Below, piece by piece: positions 46,227 to 48,021 of a DNA stretch of 48,021 nt; the stretch's first letter is position 1, and the number at the start of each line of letters is the position of its first letter. A program made the position numbers and the translations under genes. The stretch lies in contig DMBV01000051.1 of the NCBI GenBank assembly GCA_003445975.1, forward strand, positions 1 to 48,021. The letters run 5' to 3'. The notes beneath the pieces are model-generated. The model did not search any database. It saw only the letters and a list, made by a program, of their open reading frames with translations, and was not told where the DNA came from. The DNA is from Bacteroidales bacterium (GTDB taxonomy: Bacteria; Bacteroidota; Bacteroidia; Bacteroidales; UBA12170).

Positions 46227-46997
46227 ATGACTTTTATCGATACACATTGCCATATTTATCTGCCCGATTTCGCCGACGACTTAAATAGCGTTTTAAATAA
46301 TGCTTTCAGTGCCAAAGTAAACACTTTTTTGTTGCCCAATATCGACAGCAATTCCATCGATTCTATGCTCAATGTGTGCAGCAATTATCCGGAAAATTGC
46401 TTCCCAATGATTGGTTTGCATCCCACTTCGGTAAAAGAAAATGTAGAAGACGAATTGGCCATTGTAGAAAGACTTTTAAAAGAAAACACCTTTATCGCCA
46501 TTGGCGAAATTGGAATTGATTTGTATTGGGACAAAACCTTTGCGCCCGAACAAGAAGAAGCGTTTAAGTTTCAGGTGGAACTGGCCAAAAAACACAAACT
46601 TCCCATTGTTGTCCATTCGCGCAATTCGTTCGATGTCCTTTTCCGTTTGCTCGACAAGCTGAACTCCGACGATCTGAGAGGCGTTTTTCATTGCTTTACA
46701 GGAACAGAAAAACAGGCGGAGAAAATTGTGAATGAATACGGTTTTCTGCTTGGAATTGGAGGCGTGCTAACTTTTAAAAACTCCGGCTTAGAAAATCAGA
46801 TAAAAAATATTGCACTGGAGCATTTTGTTTTGGAAACCGATGCTCCCTATCTTGCTCCAATTCCTCATCGCGGAAAGCGAAATCAACCAAGTTATATTCC
46901 ACTCATCGCTCAAAAATTGGCGCAAGTAAAAGCCGTTTCAATTGAAGAAATTGCCGCCACAACAAGCATGAACGCCAAAAAATTGTTTAATTTGTAA
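46227..46997 (+). CDS. tatD: TatD family metal-dependent hydrolase / DNase
   Basis: FIDTHCH, GLHP, AIGEIGID, VHSR, GVFHCF and LETDAPYLAP..RGKRN motifs. Start re-called at ATG 46227. Confidence 0.93.
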   Translation: MTFIDTHCHIYLPDFADDLNSVLNNAFSAKVNTFLLPNIDSNSIDSMLNVCSNYPENCFPMIGLHPTSVKENVEDELAIVERLLKENTFIAIGEIGIDLYWDKTFAPEQEEAFKFQVELAKKHKLPIVVHSRNSFDVLFRLLDKLNSDDLRGVFHCFTGTEKQAEKIVNEYGFLLGIGGVLTFKNSGLENQIKNIALEHFVLETDAPYLAPIPHRGKRNQPSYIPLIAQKLAQVKAVSIEEIAATTSMNAKKLFNL

Positions 46998-47002
46998 CAC
47001 TT

Positions 47003-48021
47003 ATGGAAACAAAAGCCGCTTTACTTGTAATCTATACCGGAGGCACTATTGGGATGTTTAAAGATCCCGAAACAGGCGTCCTTCGTCCTTTCAATTTCGA
47101 CGAACTATACAATTATATGCCTTCGCTGGAGTTGTTTAAATTCAAAATCGATTCCTATTCATTCGACCCTATCATCGATTCTGCAAATATAAATCCCGAA
47201 TACTGGATAAAATTGGCAGAGGTAATTTCTGTGAATTACGAAAAATACGATGGTTTCGTGATTTTACACGGAACAGATACGATGAGCTACACCGCTTCGG
47301 CATTGAGTTTTATGCTCGACAACCTAAACAAACCGGTGGTAATAACCGGCTCACAATTGCCGCTGGGAATGATTCGTACCGATGGACGCGACAACTTTAT
47401 TAGCAGCTTGGAAATTGCCGGTGCAAAATCCGACGATATCCCAATGATTCCCGAAGTATGTATCTATTTCGAAAACCAACTCTTTAGAGGAAACAGAACA
47501 CATAAATTCAATGCCGAAAACTTCGACGCTTTCAAATCGGCGAATTATCCGCCATTGGCCAATGTGGGCGTTTATATCAAATACCACGAACAAAATATCT
47601 TAAAACCCAATTTCAAACGCCTGAAAATCTATTCCAAAATGGATACCAATATGGTGGTTTTGCGTTTGTTTCCGGGCATAAATTCCAATACAGTAAAAGC
47701 TGTTTTTGCCATTGATGGGCTCAAAGCGGTAATTCTGGAAACCTACGGTGCCGGAAATGCGCCAACAGAAAAATGGTTTTTGGATGCATTAAAAACAGCC
47801 ATCGACAAAGGAATATTGATCGTAAATATCTCGCAATGCCGCGGCGGTTCGGTCGAAATGGGAAAATACGAAACCAGCCTCGATTTGGCCGAAATGGGTT
47901 TGATAAACGGAAAAGATATGACCATAGAAGCCGCTTTAACAAAATTGATGTGGATATTGGGAATGGAAGTTCCGAACGAAGAAGCCCGACGTTTGATGGA
48001 AAAAAATCTAAAAGGCGAAAT
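47003..48021 (+). CDS. ansA: Type I L-asparaginase, truncated by the window end (absent from the ORF track)
   Basis: Manual translation from ATG 47003 gives [57 protein letters not shown] and DMTIEAALTKLM, with no stop before the end. Confidence 0.93.
   Translation, partial: METKAALLVIYTGGTIGMFKDPETGVLRPFNFDELYNYMPSLELFKFKIDSYSFDPIIDSANINPEYWIKLAEVISVNYEKYDGFVILHGTDTMSYTASALSFMLDNLNKPVVITGSQLPLGMIRTDGRDNFISSLEIAGAKSDDIPMIPEVCIYFENQLFRGNRTHKFNAENFDAFKSANYPPLANVGVYIKYHEQNILKPNFKRLKIYSKMDTNMVVLRLFPGINSNTVKAVFAIDGLKAVILETYGAGNAPTEKWFLDALKTAIDKGILIVNISQCRGGSVEMGKYETSLDLAEMGLINGKDMTIEAALTKLMWILGMEVPNEEARRLMEKNLKGE

Overview
This window comes from a Bacteroidota genome, probably Bacteroidales-like: it has TAnnTTTG promoters, signal peptides cleaved before Gln, a T9SS-type C-terminal domain and a SusC-type plug. 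The left 21 kb (297-21156) is a dense multiheme-cytochrome locus. By manual count it has 10 c-type cytochromes carrying about 80 heme-c motifs (77 CxxCH plus 3 CxxxCH), plus two diheme cytochrome b domains. The minus-strand arm encodes proteins with the architectures of all three Geobacter inner-membrane quinol oxidases: ImcH-like, a 19-heme CbcL-like protein with an internal duplication, and CbcA/CbcB-like. It also encodes a c554-type tetraheme, a collagen-stalked hexaheme lipoprotein, a monoheme lipoprotein and a DUF5777 beta-barrel. The divergent plus-strand arm encodes an OmcE-like tetraheme (candidate cytochrome nanowire subunit) with its own promoter and terminator. Around it are an OmcE-module 12-heme fusion, two NHL beta-propellers, a 660-aa beta-barrel, and 9- and 11-heme cytochromes. 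A Cys-rich Crp/Fnr regulator sits between the arms, and FNR-type boxes lie exactly 22 nt upstream of the -7 element in four promoters. Together this reads as a lineage-native extracellular electron transfer and nanowire system in a phylum not classically known for it. The family names rest on recalled motifs and architecture, not on database searches, and novelty is unverified. The right 27 kb is mostly housekeeping: ribF, asd, a lamin-tail T9SS protein, rnhA, cysS, ssb, a DEAD helicase, an S9 peptidase, sqr, an ECF sigma/anti-sigma pair, MATE, ispE, a degenerate SWIM-SNF2, tatD and a partial ansA.
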